From assembly GCA_033762915.1 (NCBI GenBank), contig JANRLD010000011.1, positions 1-53,902 on the forward strand: 53,902 nucleotides of DNA. Reading direction: 5' to 3'. The notes below the pieces were generated by a model, which was not told the DNA's origin, searched no databases, and saw nothing but the letters and a program-made list of their open reading frames with translations. Origin of the DNA: Meiothermus sp. (lineage in GTDB: Bacteria > Deinococcota > Deinococci > Deinococcales > Thermaceae). A program made the position numbers and the translations under genes. Positions 39,101 to 48,049 of this stretch are shown here, piece after piece (position 1 is the first letter of the stretch; every line of letters starts with the position of its first letter).

Positions 39101-39684
39101 TGGACGCGGTAAGCCGGTGGTTTAAGCTGGAGTCCGCTGAGGATCTGAGCGTGGGGTTCGAGATCGGGGACATCGTGGACATCGCGGTTCAGTCGGTCAA
39201 GCTGTGCAATAAGGGGTTTGAGCCGCAGGTTGAAACCGACTACCGGGTGACCCAGCAGTGGGGGGCAGCGATGCTGTCCGAGCTTTCCGACATACTCTTC
39301 ATCGCCCTGAGCAACGTCGCCGAGCACTCCAAGGTCAGCCCCTCCCCCTGGGCCAGCATCTCGGTCGTCGAGCACACCGATCGGGGGGATCTCGAGGTCA
39401 GGGTTCACAGCCAGGTTGCCGACGGGGTGTTCAACCCCGCCAGCGTCAGGGAACTCGAGCAGATCAAAGGCGAAATTTTCGCCAAAACCTACGCCAGCAA
39501 GGCGCAGGGGGAGGGTAAGACCGGTCTGATCAAGATCAGCAACATCTTGAGCCAGCATCACAGCCACTCCCTGGATTTTGGATTCGCCGACCCGAATGAG
39601 TTTTTCGTCCACCTCAGCATGTCCTTCTTGTACTACCAGCCCTACGAACTCCCGGCGGCGGTGCCGCAGAAGGAGCCGGTGTAG
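36175..39684 (+). CDS. dtcA: Detocs sensor: large helical-repeat protein with C-terminal histidine-kinase-like ATPase
   Basis: No TM; LSSRVRHG candidate phospho-His motif; FIALSNVAEHS N-box and GEGKTGL G-box; directly followed by REC and REC-PNP genes. Confidence 0.78.
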   Translation: MARNLRKHSELSKLRNLARGYARTPDKARVKLGSSARLALSADQYGPYLKWLGASWPQHRKLLESLGSPVLVGDYGLLQLFKEYEPLPLEAEVAWQSALLAGSIAALRDFRALASGFAQAVLLGAAAEAKALLDEIEERFGVSCWLIENRIALLETTAGTEESRAFVNRVNSETPDSFASLLAAAISERNEPTVSLGRFSARKESEFRSPQLPGELSTYLMYKTTGSLPSGLGDLSDLLRLESTVSLIDTYETLVQIAVHLYARLGAGSYVDRLLPHINALAAVGDFRLHKLLYLVQSDVTALAQLPSHDPSADDLLAEGRFAEAAELSLQLIARFPSDSGHLLTQARALALGGSAQPTGSSLWATLATAVTRVFSAGEQYVSALQDLRKTAVNFRALPQCLALWGLAGFEQELDALEVQRLARYTALSRPEFGASDACALPGDSRPHHLDACRARYPGSGSVRLEGLRAGLEEDPAGIEAGLLHQAVTHSFLLRRDTEAAIISLTPQMASQHPAIRRNAAKVALVGLSEQGRLGEALELIARTSTREPHMVRVLPIQHVFHQHPWDLLSPHTGSLALPVCVSLLMELEDQSEHKRNLRRTWHDFLLQCGLTRPSELFAQADQHDRGLLIHYLWHVSTAAIMSVSPDFDSGREIREERIRVCSGLIELDPGNASRYKTEILRVTKELKVFEGLRHLENTRVYIDVESLKPWAKRELGELFERYARLAEIEVDLPKVSVTTALAQFVVEGKPLAESLSVVEDTEANRVLGQILSSLRQQLLFHPRHGLEFYLSSRVRHGVIGGRLRAPMQSRDLLTTRDEGSQRYSLDSPWIERIEHTSPEQRQAVGEAFATFSDRYNAEINQLVKAKLHVRSAGHPEGLIDMTWQNNPLLFNLIGEKLRKIETFNEFYELATGYSSFSIGPSLEAVQRTLREEVKPRLLEAIQHLESQLFSCLRPEQYGELRAALRSASTELQDTVDAVSRWFKLESAEDLSVGFEIGDIVDIAVQSVKLCNKGFEPQVETDYRVTQQWGAAMLSELSDILFIALSNVAEHSKVSPSPWASISVVEHTDRGDLEVRVHSQVADGVFNPASVRELEQIKGEIFAKTYASKAQGEGKTGLIKISNILSQHHSHSLDFGFADPNEFFVHLSMSFLYYQPYELPAAVPQKEPV

Positions 39685-39688
39685 CCCT

Positions 39689-40165
39689 ATGCCGACCAGA
39701 ATCCTTATCGTCGAGGACGACCAGCACAAGATGGACAGGCTGCGCGAAGCCTGCAAGGTCGCCCGACCATCCGCCGAGATCGTCGAGGCGACCTCGTTTA
39801 ACCGCGGGCTCAAGGCGGTCAGGAGCGAGCGCTACGACCTGGTGCTGCTGGACATGTCGCTGCGAACCTTCGACCCCGCCTTCGACGGCGACGAGGAGGA
39901 GCCGCAGCCGTTCGGCGGTCGGGAGGTCATCAGCTACATGAAACAGATAGGGAACACCTCACCGATCCTGGTGGTCACCCAGTACGAGCAACTGGGGAGC
40001 GGGAGTGAATCTATGACCGTTGACGAGTTGGCCGACGAGTTGAGCAAAGACCACCCCGACCTCTTTATGGGTCTGGTCTTCTTCGACGGAACCTCGAATA
40101 AGTGGCAACATGAACTGATAACCGCCCTCAGCCAGGTTACAGGGGGGGTGGGGCGTGAGTCTTAA
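39689..40165 (+). CDS. dtcB: Detocs stand-alone receiver domain protein
   Basis: RILIVEDD, DLVLLDMSL, ILVVTQY; ATG at 39689, 4 nt after the upstream stop. Confidence 0.8.
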   Translation: MPTRILIVEDDQHKMDRLREACKVARPSAEIVEATSFNRGLKAVRSERYDLVLLDMSLRTFDPAFDGDEEEPQPFGGREVISYMKQIGNTSPILVVTQYEQLGSGSESMTVDELADELSKDHPDLFMGLVFFDGTSNKWQHELITALSQVTGGVGRES

Positions 40166-41396
40166 CCGGATTCTTATCGTCGAAGACAACAAGGAGAAGC
40201 TCCAGGCCATTGTCCAGGTGGTCACCCAGACCGGGGTAAGCCGGGAGGCCATCAAGGTGGCCCAGTGTGCCTTTGATGCCAAGGTAATGCTCAAGCAGGA
40301 GGCGTTTGAGCTGGCCATCCTCGACTTAATGTTGCCGGAGAGGAACGAGGATCAGCCCAGCCAGGAGACCGGTATCGAACTGATCGAACACCTCTCCCGA
40401 GCGAGCGGCCCCCGGCCCCAGCGGGTGATCGGCCTCACCGCGTTCGAGAGCCTGCGGGAGAGCTTTCACGCCGAGTTCTCCCGGCGCTTGTGGAGCCTGC
40501 TCTACTACGACGAAGCCTCCGACGGCTGGAGGAACCACCTGAGGGCCTCGCTCGAGTATTTATCCGAAGAGCCCACGGCCAGAACAGCGCCCGCGTTCGG
40601 TGTCGATGTCTGCGTCTTGACCGCCCTGAGAACCCCGGAACTCGAGGCCGTGCTCGACCTGCCCTGCGACTGGTCGAGCTCGAGGCCGCTCGACGACAAC
40701 ACCTTCATCATCGAGGGCAAGTTTACCGTCGCCGATAAGGTCTACCGGATCGCCGCCGCCAGCGCCCCCCGGATGGGCATGGTGGCGTCGGCCCTGCTGG
40801 CGGCGAAACTGATCGGCGAACTCCGGCCCCGCGTCCTGGCCATGACCGGGATCTGCGCCGGGGTCAACGCCGGGCTGAGGATGGGCGATGTCATCTTGGC
40901 CAGCCCGGTCTGGGAGTGGCAGAGTGGGAAGCGGGTGCTCAGCGGCGAGCACTCGGTGTTCAACGTTGACCCCGACCAGATCGCGGTGAGCGCGGAGGTC
41001 GTCAGCCGCTTCGAGCAGCTCGTCGCCGACCCCAGTACGTGGGCCGCCATTTACACCGGCTACAAGGGCCAGAAGCCGGAGGCGATGCTCCGCGCCCACG
41101 TCGGCCCGGTGGCCACAGGGTCGGTCGTGCTGGCCGACCCCGAGACGGTGGAGGAGATCAAGGTGCAGCACCGCAAGCTGCTCGGGGTGGAGATGGAAAT
41201 CTACGGGGTGTACGCGGCGGCCCGGTTCGCCTCGAGACCGAAGCCGCTCACCCTCGCCCTCAAGTCGGTCTCCGACTTTGCCGACAGCCGCAAGGATGAT
41301 CGCTTCCAGCAGTACGCCGCGCACACCAGCGCCCAGGCGCTCTGGCAGTTCCTGACCCGCTATATGCCAGACCTTCACCGGCTGGTTGGGGAATGA
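40155..41396 (+). CDS. dtcC: Detocs effector: receiver domain fused to PNP/MTAN-family nucleosidase
   Basis: RILIVEDN..LAILDLMLP receiver; MTGICAG, GDVIL, GPVATGSVV, GVEMEIYGV, KSVSDFAD..KDD..Q.YAA PNP motifs. Confidence 0.85.
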   Translation: MSLNRILIVEDNKEKLQAIVQVVTQTGVSREAIKVAQCAFDAKVMLKQEAFELAILDLMLPERNEDQPSQETGIELIEHLSRASGPRPQRVIGLTAFESLRESFHAEFSRRLWSLLYYDEASDGWRNHLRASLEYLSEEPTARTAPAFGVDVCVLTALRTPELEAVLDLPCDWSSSRPLDDNTFIIEGKFTVADKVYRIAAASAPRMGMVASALLAAKLIGELRPRVLAMTGICAGVNAGLRMGDVILASPVWEWQSGKRVLSGEHSVFNVDPDQIAVSAEVVSRFEQLVADPSTWAAIYTGYKGQKPEAMLRAHVGPVATGSVVLADPETVEEIKVQHRKLLGVEMEIYGVYAAARFASRPKPLTLALKSVSDFADSRKDDRFQQYAAHTSAQALWQFLTRYMPDLHRLVGE

Positions 41397-41399
41397 GGC

Positions 41400-41425
41400 G
41401 GAAGGTGGGAAGGTGGGAAGGTGGG
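41400..41425. repeat. Short tandem repeat (GGAAGGTG)x3
   Basis: Seen directly after the dtcC stop. Confidence 0.7.
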
Positions 41426-41537
41426 ATGGCGGCGACTCGAGCGGGCGCGAACGGCGGGCTGCCGGGGCTTGATGTGTCCGACCCTGGGCTTCGTCCCCCG
41501 ATCCCCCTGATCCCCGACACTGCGTAGAATGGGGCCT

Positions 41538-44500
41538 ATGGCGAGGCCGAGGCGCAGCTCAATCGAGACAGCGAGCTACCAAGACCACCCGAGTCTGCCC
41601 AGCCGCCTCCGCCTGCCGCCGGACTCCCCGCCCCGCACGCCGCCCACCGAGACCCTGGTTCAGGGGCTTCGGTTTGATGAGTTGACCTTCGAGGATTTCG
41701 AGCGTTTGTGCGTGCGCCTGGTGGAACAGGGCGGGGACATCGAGATGGTCAGGGTCTACGGCACACGCGGGCAGGATCAGCAGGGCATTGACCTGTACTC
41801 GCGCCGCAAGGAAGGCGGGGAATATTGGGTCTACCAGTGTAAGCGGGTCAGGCGATTCAGCGGCGCGGACATTCGCAAGGCGGTAACCCACTTTCTTGAA
41901 GGTGCCAACCAGAAGAGAAAACCCAAAGGAAAGGGGGCAGCGGTTGCTCCGACGGAGCAGGTGTGGCGTTGGAGTGATAGGGCCAGCAGGCTGGTGCTGT
42001 GCGTGGCTACCAGCCTGACCACAACCGAGGAGTCCCAGGAGATCGAGCGGCAACGGCAGCGCCTGCAACAGGCGGGCAAGGCGCTGGAGGTCTGGGATGC
42101 CGAGGCGCTCAACCTCCGCCTGCGGGGTCTTCCGGTGTTGGTTCATGACTTCTTCGGGCGCGGCTGGGTGCGGGCCTTTTGCGGCGAGACGGCCTTGACA
42201 GGTCTCGAGCGGCGGCTCGATGCCGCCCAGGTGGTCGAGCTGCGGTGCGGGTTGCGCGACTTCTACCGGGCACTGTTCGTCCTACACGACCCCGGCCTGG
42301 TCGAGGGTACAGACACGGCTCGCCCGCCAATACCGCTGGCTAAGCGTTTCGTCCTGCCCGAGATCGTCGAGCGCATCCGGCAGGGGGGTTCTGCTGAAGA
42401 TCTAGAGCCGCACACCACCCCGACCCCTTCTGAACCGCCCCGCTACGACCCGGTAGGAGTTCCGCTGGCGAGAGGAAACGTCAGACCCCGGTCGGTGGCT
42501 GGCGGGTTCGACCGGCGGCAGGAGATACAAGGCTTTTTGGCTGCCAACCCGCGAAACGCGGACGTGATCCTGGGGGAGCCGGGCAGCGGCAAGAGCAGCC
42601 TGCTGCGGTTTATCGCGCTCGATCTGTTGGAGGACGAACCCCGGCTCACCACGCTGGCCCAGCGCTGGGGGGATCGACTGCCGGTCTGGGTTCCCTTCCC
42701 GCTGTGGACCCGTCTGTTGAGCGACACCCAGCACCACGCGACCAGCCTTGGAGACCTGCTCAGAAACCACCTGCACAGCAACCAACAGGCGCACCTTTGG
42801 CCGCTGGTCGCGTCGGCCCTTGACGACGACCGCCTGCTGCTGCTGGTGGACGGTCTCGACGAGTACGAAAGCGTCCCCGCCGGGAACCTGGCCTTGCAGC
42901 GCCTGGGCGTCCTGCTCGAGCAGGGCCGGGCCAGGGCCGTCTTGGTGAGCCGCCCGGCAGGGTACTCCCGGCTGCAAGTCAGCAGCAACTGGCGCAGTTG
43001 CATGCTGGCCCCGCTCAGCACGGCCCAACAACGGGAACTGGCCTCGCGTTGGCTGACGCACCTCTGGAGCGGCCAGGGAGTGGCGGAGGAAGCCCTAGAG
43101 GCCAGGGTTCGCCGGTTCAGCAGCGCGTTGGTGGGGGAGATCGGGGAGGTCGGGCAACTTCGGGAAATGGCGGGCGTGCCCCTGCTGTTCTCCCTTATCC
43201 TGTGGGTACGGCTCACCCACGGCACCGTCCCCACCAGCCGCTTCAAGGCCTACGAGCAGTTCATTACCCACCTCATCCAGAAACACCCGAACCTGCGCCG
43301 CGCAGCCGCCGAGGCCACCCCCCAACCCCCACCCTTCGACCTCGAGCAACTGACCGCCGCCTTCGAGGCACTGGCCTACGAGATGCAAGCCGCAGGGGGC
43401 TCGGGACTCATCGAGCGTTCCGAAGCCAGGGGCCGTCTGGTGCGCCTGATGACTGACCCCGACGGACTGTTCGGCCTCACAACCTCCGAGGCGATACGAA
43501 AAAGTAGCGAGTTGCTGGAGGTCGGCGAGGCTTCGCTGGGGCTTCTGGTCAACCGCTCCCAGACTGAGCTGGGGTTCTTGCACCGCGCCTTTCAGGAGTA
43601 TTTGTGCGCCACCTTCGTCTCGAGACTGCCTTTCGACGATCAACTCAGGACGGTGCGTGAGCGGTGCGGCGACCCGCAGTGGCGCGAGGTCTTGCTGAGC
43701 CTCCTCCACCGGGCCGACCGGGCCAACGAGCCAACCCGGCTGGTCGCGGCCCTCAGGGAGGAAGGCCAAAAGGCTCACCTACGCATGGCCGTGCAGGTGG
43801 TTTTAACCGAGGTGGCCTTCGGTGAATTCAGGCTGCCAGCCGCCGCCGCGAAACAGTTGGCGGGGGAGACCCTGGAGGCGGTCGAGGCCGACCTGCCCAA
43901 GACCCATCGGGAGCACCTCTTGCGGATCGTCTTGGGCGGTCGCCTGTCGAGCCGGGTGGGGGGGCTGGTGCATCAGCGGTTGGCGGGCTGGTTTCCGCAA
44001 CGCTGGGGGGACGACTTCTACCTGTTCAACGCGATGGGTAACTGGCCGCCGGAGCCGGAAACTGTGGAGGCACTGATGCGCGGGCTGTGTGCCGAGGAAT
44101 TCGAGGCGCAACTGGGGGCGGCGACCTCCCTGGCCCGCCTGACCCCCGGCGACCCGCAGACCCAGCGCCGCTTGGTTCGGCTGGCCCAGACCGCCACCCG
44201 CCCGGAGGTCAGGGCAGCGGCCCTCGAGGCGCTGATGCAGGGCTGGCCTTCCTGCGCGGAGTTGTCTGATTTGGCCCTCCGGTTTATCGCCTCACCCAGC
44301 CAGGTCATGCAGCTCTACGGAATCAAGCACCGCGTCCGAACGGGCACCCATGACCAGAGCCTGCTGAACCTACTGCTGCGCCTGGCCTCGCGCCACCGGG
44401 GGCTGGGCTACGGACACCGGACTCCGATGACGGCGCTGCTGGTGGAGGGCTGGTCGGGCCACCCAGGCTTGAAGGAGGCGGCGCTGCGCGGCTGCGGGCC

Positions 44501-46553
44501 TTACACCCACCAAGACTCGGACTCGGATGTCCCGGTGATGGAAGAAGAGGTTGCCTACGGGGTCTTGATCGCGGGGTTCAAGGGTGACCCCGATGCCGCC
44601 GCCGCACTCGTCCTGGAGTTACAGTCCGACTATCCCTTTAATGGCACGGAGCGCTGGAACCTCTGGGAAGACCTGCAAAGGCACTGGCGCGGCAACCCCG
44701 CCCTGGCAGCGGCGCTCGAGCAACTTCTGCGGGCCAGCGGCGACCAAAAAGAACTCCGCGACCTCGAGCGGGCGCAGGCCGCCCGGTTCGTGGGGACGGA
44801 CGCGGCCAAGCGGCTGCTGCTGTCCGACCTCGAGGCCGCCGACGGTTTCGACAACCCGACCCTGCGAGCCCTCCAGGAGGGCTGGGGGATCACCGACCCC
44901 GACGTGAAGAAGACGCTGGACTCACTTGTAGAGCAGGGTAAGGACGAGGGGATTGCCCACCTCCTTCCCGACATCATGGACGACCCCAACAAGGTTCGCG
45001 CCCGGCTCCTGGAGTTGCTGGCGGGGGACGAGCGGGCTTTCTACCGGGCCATGATCGGCCTCGAGAAGCTGGGCGCTATAGCCGACGACGCGGAGGCCTA
45101 CGCGTTGATCAAGGCGCGGATACTGAGCAAGAAAGATGCGTGGGACGACCGGTACTTCTACTTCGCCAGGTGGTTCGCCGCGAACGAAGAGGTCTACCCG
45201 ATCTGCCTCGACCTCCTGGAGAGCGGCCTGCTGTACCCCGGTTCGTTTGCCCGTGCCTTCGGCCACAAGCCCGAGGCCCGCGAGTTGGTGCGCCGACACG
45301 CCAACCCCCTGCCGACCTTTCTGCGCCGCCTAAGCGGGGAGCACTTCGCGCGGAGCAGCGCGGTCAGCGAGGCCGAACTGGGCCTGCTGGGCGGGTACCA
45401 GCTCGAGCGCGATGCCGACACCCGCTCGCTGGCAGCGGCGGGGTACTACGGTACGCTGAGGGCGCTAGGGCGGCTCGGCGAAGAGCACCTGGGCCGAATT
45501 CGGGGGGAGCTTCGGGCGGTCGGGCCGTTCCACGACACGGCCCGCTCCGCCGCGCTCTGCGCCGCTCTGGCCACCCGACGCTTCGACCTGCTGGGCGAGA
45601 GCAACGGCGACGCGAAGACGCTAAGGCTCACCCTTGGCGACGGTCTGCGCGAGAACACGGCGGCGGTCGCAGCCCTGCTGGAGAACTGGGCGGAGGTTCT
45701 CCCCCACCTCGGCGAGTCCTTTTCCGAGCGGACGGGCACGGACGGGTGGCACCTGTTCCGCAGGCTGACCCCGCTGATCGCCGGTTACCCGGAGGCCAGA
45801 CATAGCCTGTTGGGTTGGCTCGACCAGAAGGGAGACCTGGGGTCGGAGGCCGTCTGGCTGGAGTTCTTGGCCCAAGCCCGGCCCACTGACCGGAGAATTC
45901 TCAGCGGGTTGCTGGAAGGGCTCTGTGGCAACGGCAGGTCGAGCTTGTATCCGGGTAACGGCTGGCGCTTGGCCGAGCTGATGGCGGAGCATTTCGCGGG
46001 TGATCCTCAGGTACACGACCAACTCGCCCAATCCCTGATCCGTAACCCGTTCTCGGAATACGTCCTTTTCGCTCTCTGCCAGGGCTGGCCGGATAGCCCA
46101 GCCGTTCGGCCAGCGGCAAAGACATTCCAGGGCGAACAGATCAGTTGGAAGCTCTTTCTAGCCCTTAGGTCGCGCCTTTCGACCGAAGATCTCGTTGCGG
46201 AGACGGTTTCGCAGTACATCCAGGCGATGGCGGAGTCGCCCGGCGACCTCCAAGGAGGGGTCGCCGGGCCGGTCATCAACCGACTCGTTCGGGAGGGCGA
46301 ACTGCAAAAGACGGGTGGTCTGACCGCCTTGTTTCTTGCCCAACTGGACGCTGAAGGGGCAACCACCAGCGAGAAGCTTTCTCTGGCCCAGCTACTAAAG
46401 GCCGCGAACGTTGCCCCTGAAGATTTGCGGCGTTGGGCGGCCACGGAGCTGACGGCCCTCACCGCCCCCGGTGGGTTCGAGGGGGTCGGGGTTGACATCG
46501 TGGGTCAGGAGGTTCGGGGGATTCGGGCGCTGCTGGAGGAGATCGTGCTCTAG
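41538..46553 (+). CDS. Mrr-like restriction endonuclease + NACHT/STAND NTPase + HEAT-like repeats (Avs/NLR-like defence protein)
   Basis: FERLC..L, DQQGIDLY..VYQCKR nuclease; GEPGSGKS Walker A, LLLLVDGLDE Walker B, VSRP, VPLL, FLHRAFQEYL; TAGAAT -10 lies 7 nt before the ATG at 41538. Confidence 0.85.
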   Translation: MARPRRSSIETASYQDHPSLPSRLRLPPDSPPRTPPTETLVQGLRFDELTFEDFERLCVRLVEQGGDIEMVRVYGTRGQDQQGIDLYSRRKEGGEYWVYQCKRVRRFSGADIRKAVTHFLEGANQKRKPKGKGAAVAPTEQVWRWSDRASRLVLCVATSLTTTEESQEIERQRQRLQQAGKALEVWDAEALNLRLRGLPVLVHDFFGRGWVRAFCGETALTGLERRLDAAQVVELRCGLRDFYRALFVLHDPGLVEGTDTARPPIPLAKRFVLPEIVERIRQGGSAEDLEPHTTPTPSEPPRYDPVGVPLARGNVRPRSVAGGFDRRQEIQGFLAANPRNADVILGEPGSGKSSLLRFIALDLLEDEPRLTTLAQRWGDRLPVWVPFPLWTRLLSDTQHHATSLGDLLRNHLHSNQQAHLWPLVASALDDDRLLLLVDGLDEYESVPAGNLALQRLGVLLEQGRARAVLVSRPAGYSRLQVSSNWRSCMLAPLSTAQQRELASRWLTHLWSGQGVAEEALEARVRRFSSALVGEIGEVGQLREMAGVPLLFSLILWVRLTHGTVPTSRFKAYEQFITHLIQKHPNLRRAAAEATPQPPPFDLEQLTAAFEALAYEMQAAGGSGLIERSEARGRLVRLMTDPDGLFGLTTSEAIRKSSELLEVGEASLGLLVNRSQTELGFLHRAFQEYLCATFVSRLPFDDQLRTVRERCGDPQWREVLLSLLHRADRANEPTRLVAALREEGQKAHLRMAVQVVLTEVAFGEFRLPAAAAKQLAGETLEAVEADLPKTHREHLLRIVLGGRLSSRVGGLVHQRLAGWFPQRWGDDFYLFNAMGNWPPEPETVEALMRGLCAEEFEAQLGAATSLARLTPGDPQTQRRLVRLAQTATRPEVRAAALEALMQGWPSCAELSDLALRFIASPSQVMQLYGIKHRVRTGTHDQSLLNLLLRLASRHRGLGYGHRTPMTALLVEGWSGHPGLKEAALRGCGPYTHQDSDSDVPVMEEEVAYGVLIAGFKGDPDAAAALVLELQSDYPFNGTERWNLWEDLQRHWRGNPALAAALEQLLRASGDQKELRDLERAQAARFVGTDAAKRLLLSDLEAADGFDNPTLRALQEGWGITDPDVKKTLDSLVEQGKDEGIAHLLPDIMDDPNKVRARLLELLAGDERAFYRAMIGLEKLGAIADDAEAYALIKARILSKKDAWDDRYFYFARWFAANEEVYPICLDLLESGLLYPGSFARAFGHKPEARELVRRHANPLPTFLRRLSGEHFARSSAVSEAELGLLGGYQLERDADTRSLAAAGYYGTLRALGRLGEEHLGRIRGELRAVGPFHDTARSAALCAALATRRFDLLGESNGDAKTLRLTLGDGLRENTAAVAALLENWAEVLPHLGESFSERTGTDGWHLFRRLTPLIAGYPEARHSLLGWLDQKGDLGSEAVWLEFLAQARPTDRRILSGLLEGLCGNGRSSLYPGNGWRLAELMAEHFAGDPQVHDQLAQSLIRNPFSEYVLFALCQGWPDSPAVRPAAKTFQGEQISWKLFLALRSRLSTEDLVAETVSQYIQAMAESPGDLQGGVAGPVINRLVREGELQKTGGLTALFLAQLDAEGATTSEKLSLAQLLKAANVAPEDLRRWAATELTALTAPGGFEGVGVDIVGQEVRGIRALLEEIVL

Positions 46554-46558
46554 GTGGA

Positions 46559-46742
46559 GCGCGTTAATTTTGCGGGTAGATTTCTCGCCCAAGCCCCACC
46601 TCAGGAAGCGGCATCGTTTGTGTGCTGAATGCTGGATACCATCCCCGAAACTCGAGGGCCGCCTCTGAGGCATCGGTTTTCACCTGCTCAGGCTACTGCC
46701 GCTGGACACTGAACGGGGAATCCACCCGCGAAATTAACGCGC
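46559..46742. mobile_element. MITE-like / IS remnant bounded by imperfect 28-bp terminal inverted repeats
   Basis: GCGCGTTAATTTTGCGGGTAGATTTCTC (46559-46586) versus the reverse complement of 46715-46742, GCGCGTTAATTTCGCGGGTGGATTCCCC (24/28 match). Confidence 0.55.
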
Positions 46743-46897
46743 CCCGTTATGGCGAACCAGCACCTAGGCTAGCGAATCTTCGACCCCCGATAGCTTAGGT
46801 GTACTCGACCCAATCCGGAGGGACTGAACCCGTTCAGAACTGACTACACAACCTGAAGGTGGCACTTTCCACTCGAGAACAAGCGGAGGGCCAGACC

Positions 46898-47953
46898 TCA
46901 CTCGAGTTCCTCCGACGCATCCACCGCCTCGTGCAGACTTTCGAGATCCATCTTGGCATAGATCGAGGCGGTGTTGACGTTGCGGTGTCCGAGCAACCGA
47001 GCGGTAGAGAAGAGGTCGCCCGTTGCTTTGTAGATGCGGGTGCCCGCCGTGTGCCGCAGCATATGTGCACCGTAATAGCGCTCGGGGAAGTCCAAGGCGC
47101 GGTAGTGGGCCTCGAGATGCCGCCGCAGGCTCTGTTGGGTCATGGCGGTGCCGTGCCTTTTGCGCCCGCCGAGGTTGATGATGACGGCTTCGGCCCCGGC
47201 CTTTGCCTGAACCGTGCGTAGCACCAACCAGTCTTCCAACTCGGCAGCCAGGGTCTTGCCCAAGGGCACGGTGCGGGTCTTGGCACCTTTGCCCGTAACC
47301 GTGAGTTGGCGGGTGGCCGCTTCGTAGTGGCCGGTCTCGAGGCCCACCAACTCCTCAGCCCTTAGCCCCGCCTCGCCCAGCAGGCGAACGGCCAAGCGAT
47401 CCCGGCGAACCTCGAGCGATTCTTCATTCCCGAGTTCTACCAAGTGGTTGAGGCGCTCGAGCAACCTCTTGTACAAGGCTCGAGGCAGAGCCGGGCGGCG
47501 CTCCTCGGGGGGCGTGCTGCTTGAGGGGGCCACCACGGTGATGGGGGTGCTGACCTTGGCCCAGGTCAGGGCCTTGAAGAAGCTCCGCACCCCGGCCAGC
47601 AGCTTGGCGGCGGTGGCGGGCTCGAGCGCCCGCCGCTCGGCAGGCGGAACCCGGTGGCTGCCGTGTTCGATCAGTGCGGCCAGCCACTCGCTGACCTGAT
47701 CATCGCTGGCCGCGTTTAGTTGGAAATGCGGCGCAGGTGTAGCCTCGGGCCAGACCCACTCGAGAAAGTCCAGAATTGCCGCCTCGTACTCGATGAGGGT
47801 GCGGGGGCTGATCTTGGTGCGCTTTTTGCCGTGCAACCCCAAATACACCGCGTGGAACTCCAGCAGCGCAGCCGCGTCGCGTTTTTGGATGGCCTCGAGA
47901 ACCGACCGTTTGCGGCTGGCGGGATCCGTCCACTTTGCTAGGGGAATCAGCAT
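46898..47953 (-). CDS. Tyrosine recombinase/integrase
   Basis: AGLRAEEL (R), GKGAKTR (K), HMLRH, LLGH, IYAK (Y) catalytic residues. Confidence 0.92.
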   Translation of the reverse strand: MLIPLAKWTDPASRKRSVLEAIQKRDAAALLEFHAVYLGLHGKKRTKISPRTLIEYEAAILDFLEWVWPEATPAPHFQLNAASDDQVSEWLAALIEHGSHRVPPAERRALEPATAAKLLAGVRSFFKALTWAKVSTPITVVAPSSSTPPEERRPALPRALYKRLLERLNHLVELGNEESLEVRRDRLAVRLLGEAGLRAEELVGLETGHYEAATRQLTVTGKGAKTRTVPLGKTLAAELEDWLVLRTVQAKAGAEAVIINLGGRKRHGTAMTQQSLRRHLEAHYRALDFPERYYGAHMLRHTAGTRIYKATGDLFSTARLLGHRNVNTASIYAKMDLESLHEAVDASEELE

Positions 47954-48049
47954 CGCTAAGGCTCAGGAGCGGAGCCATCGCTCGTGGTTCCGCATTTCCT
48001 ATAGGTTACAACTTTCGGCCCATATGGGGAGGGTTGGGGGAAGCCAACC

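Noticed and set aside
36175..41396. Kinase-REC-REC/PNP operon as a new system
   Set aside because: The architecture matches the described Detocs system
41400..41425. (GGAAGGTG)x3 as CRISPR or iteron
   Set aside because: Only three contiguous 8-mers with no spacers and no rep gene
47985..48020. Possible dif/att-like site upstream of the integrase
   Set aside because: Symmetry and similarity to Xer sites are too weak and no second copy was found
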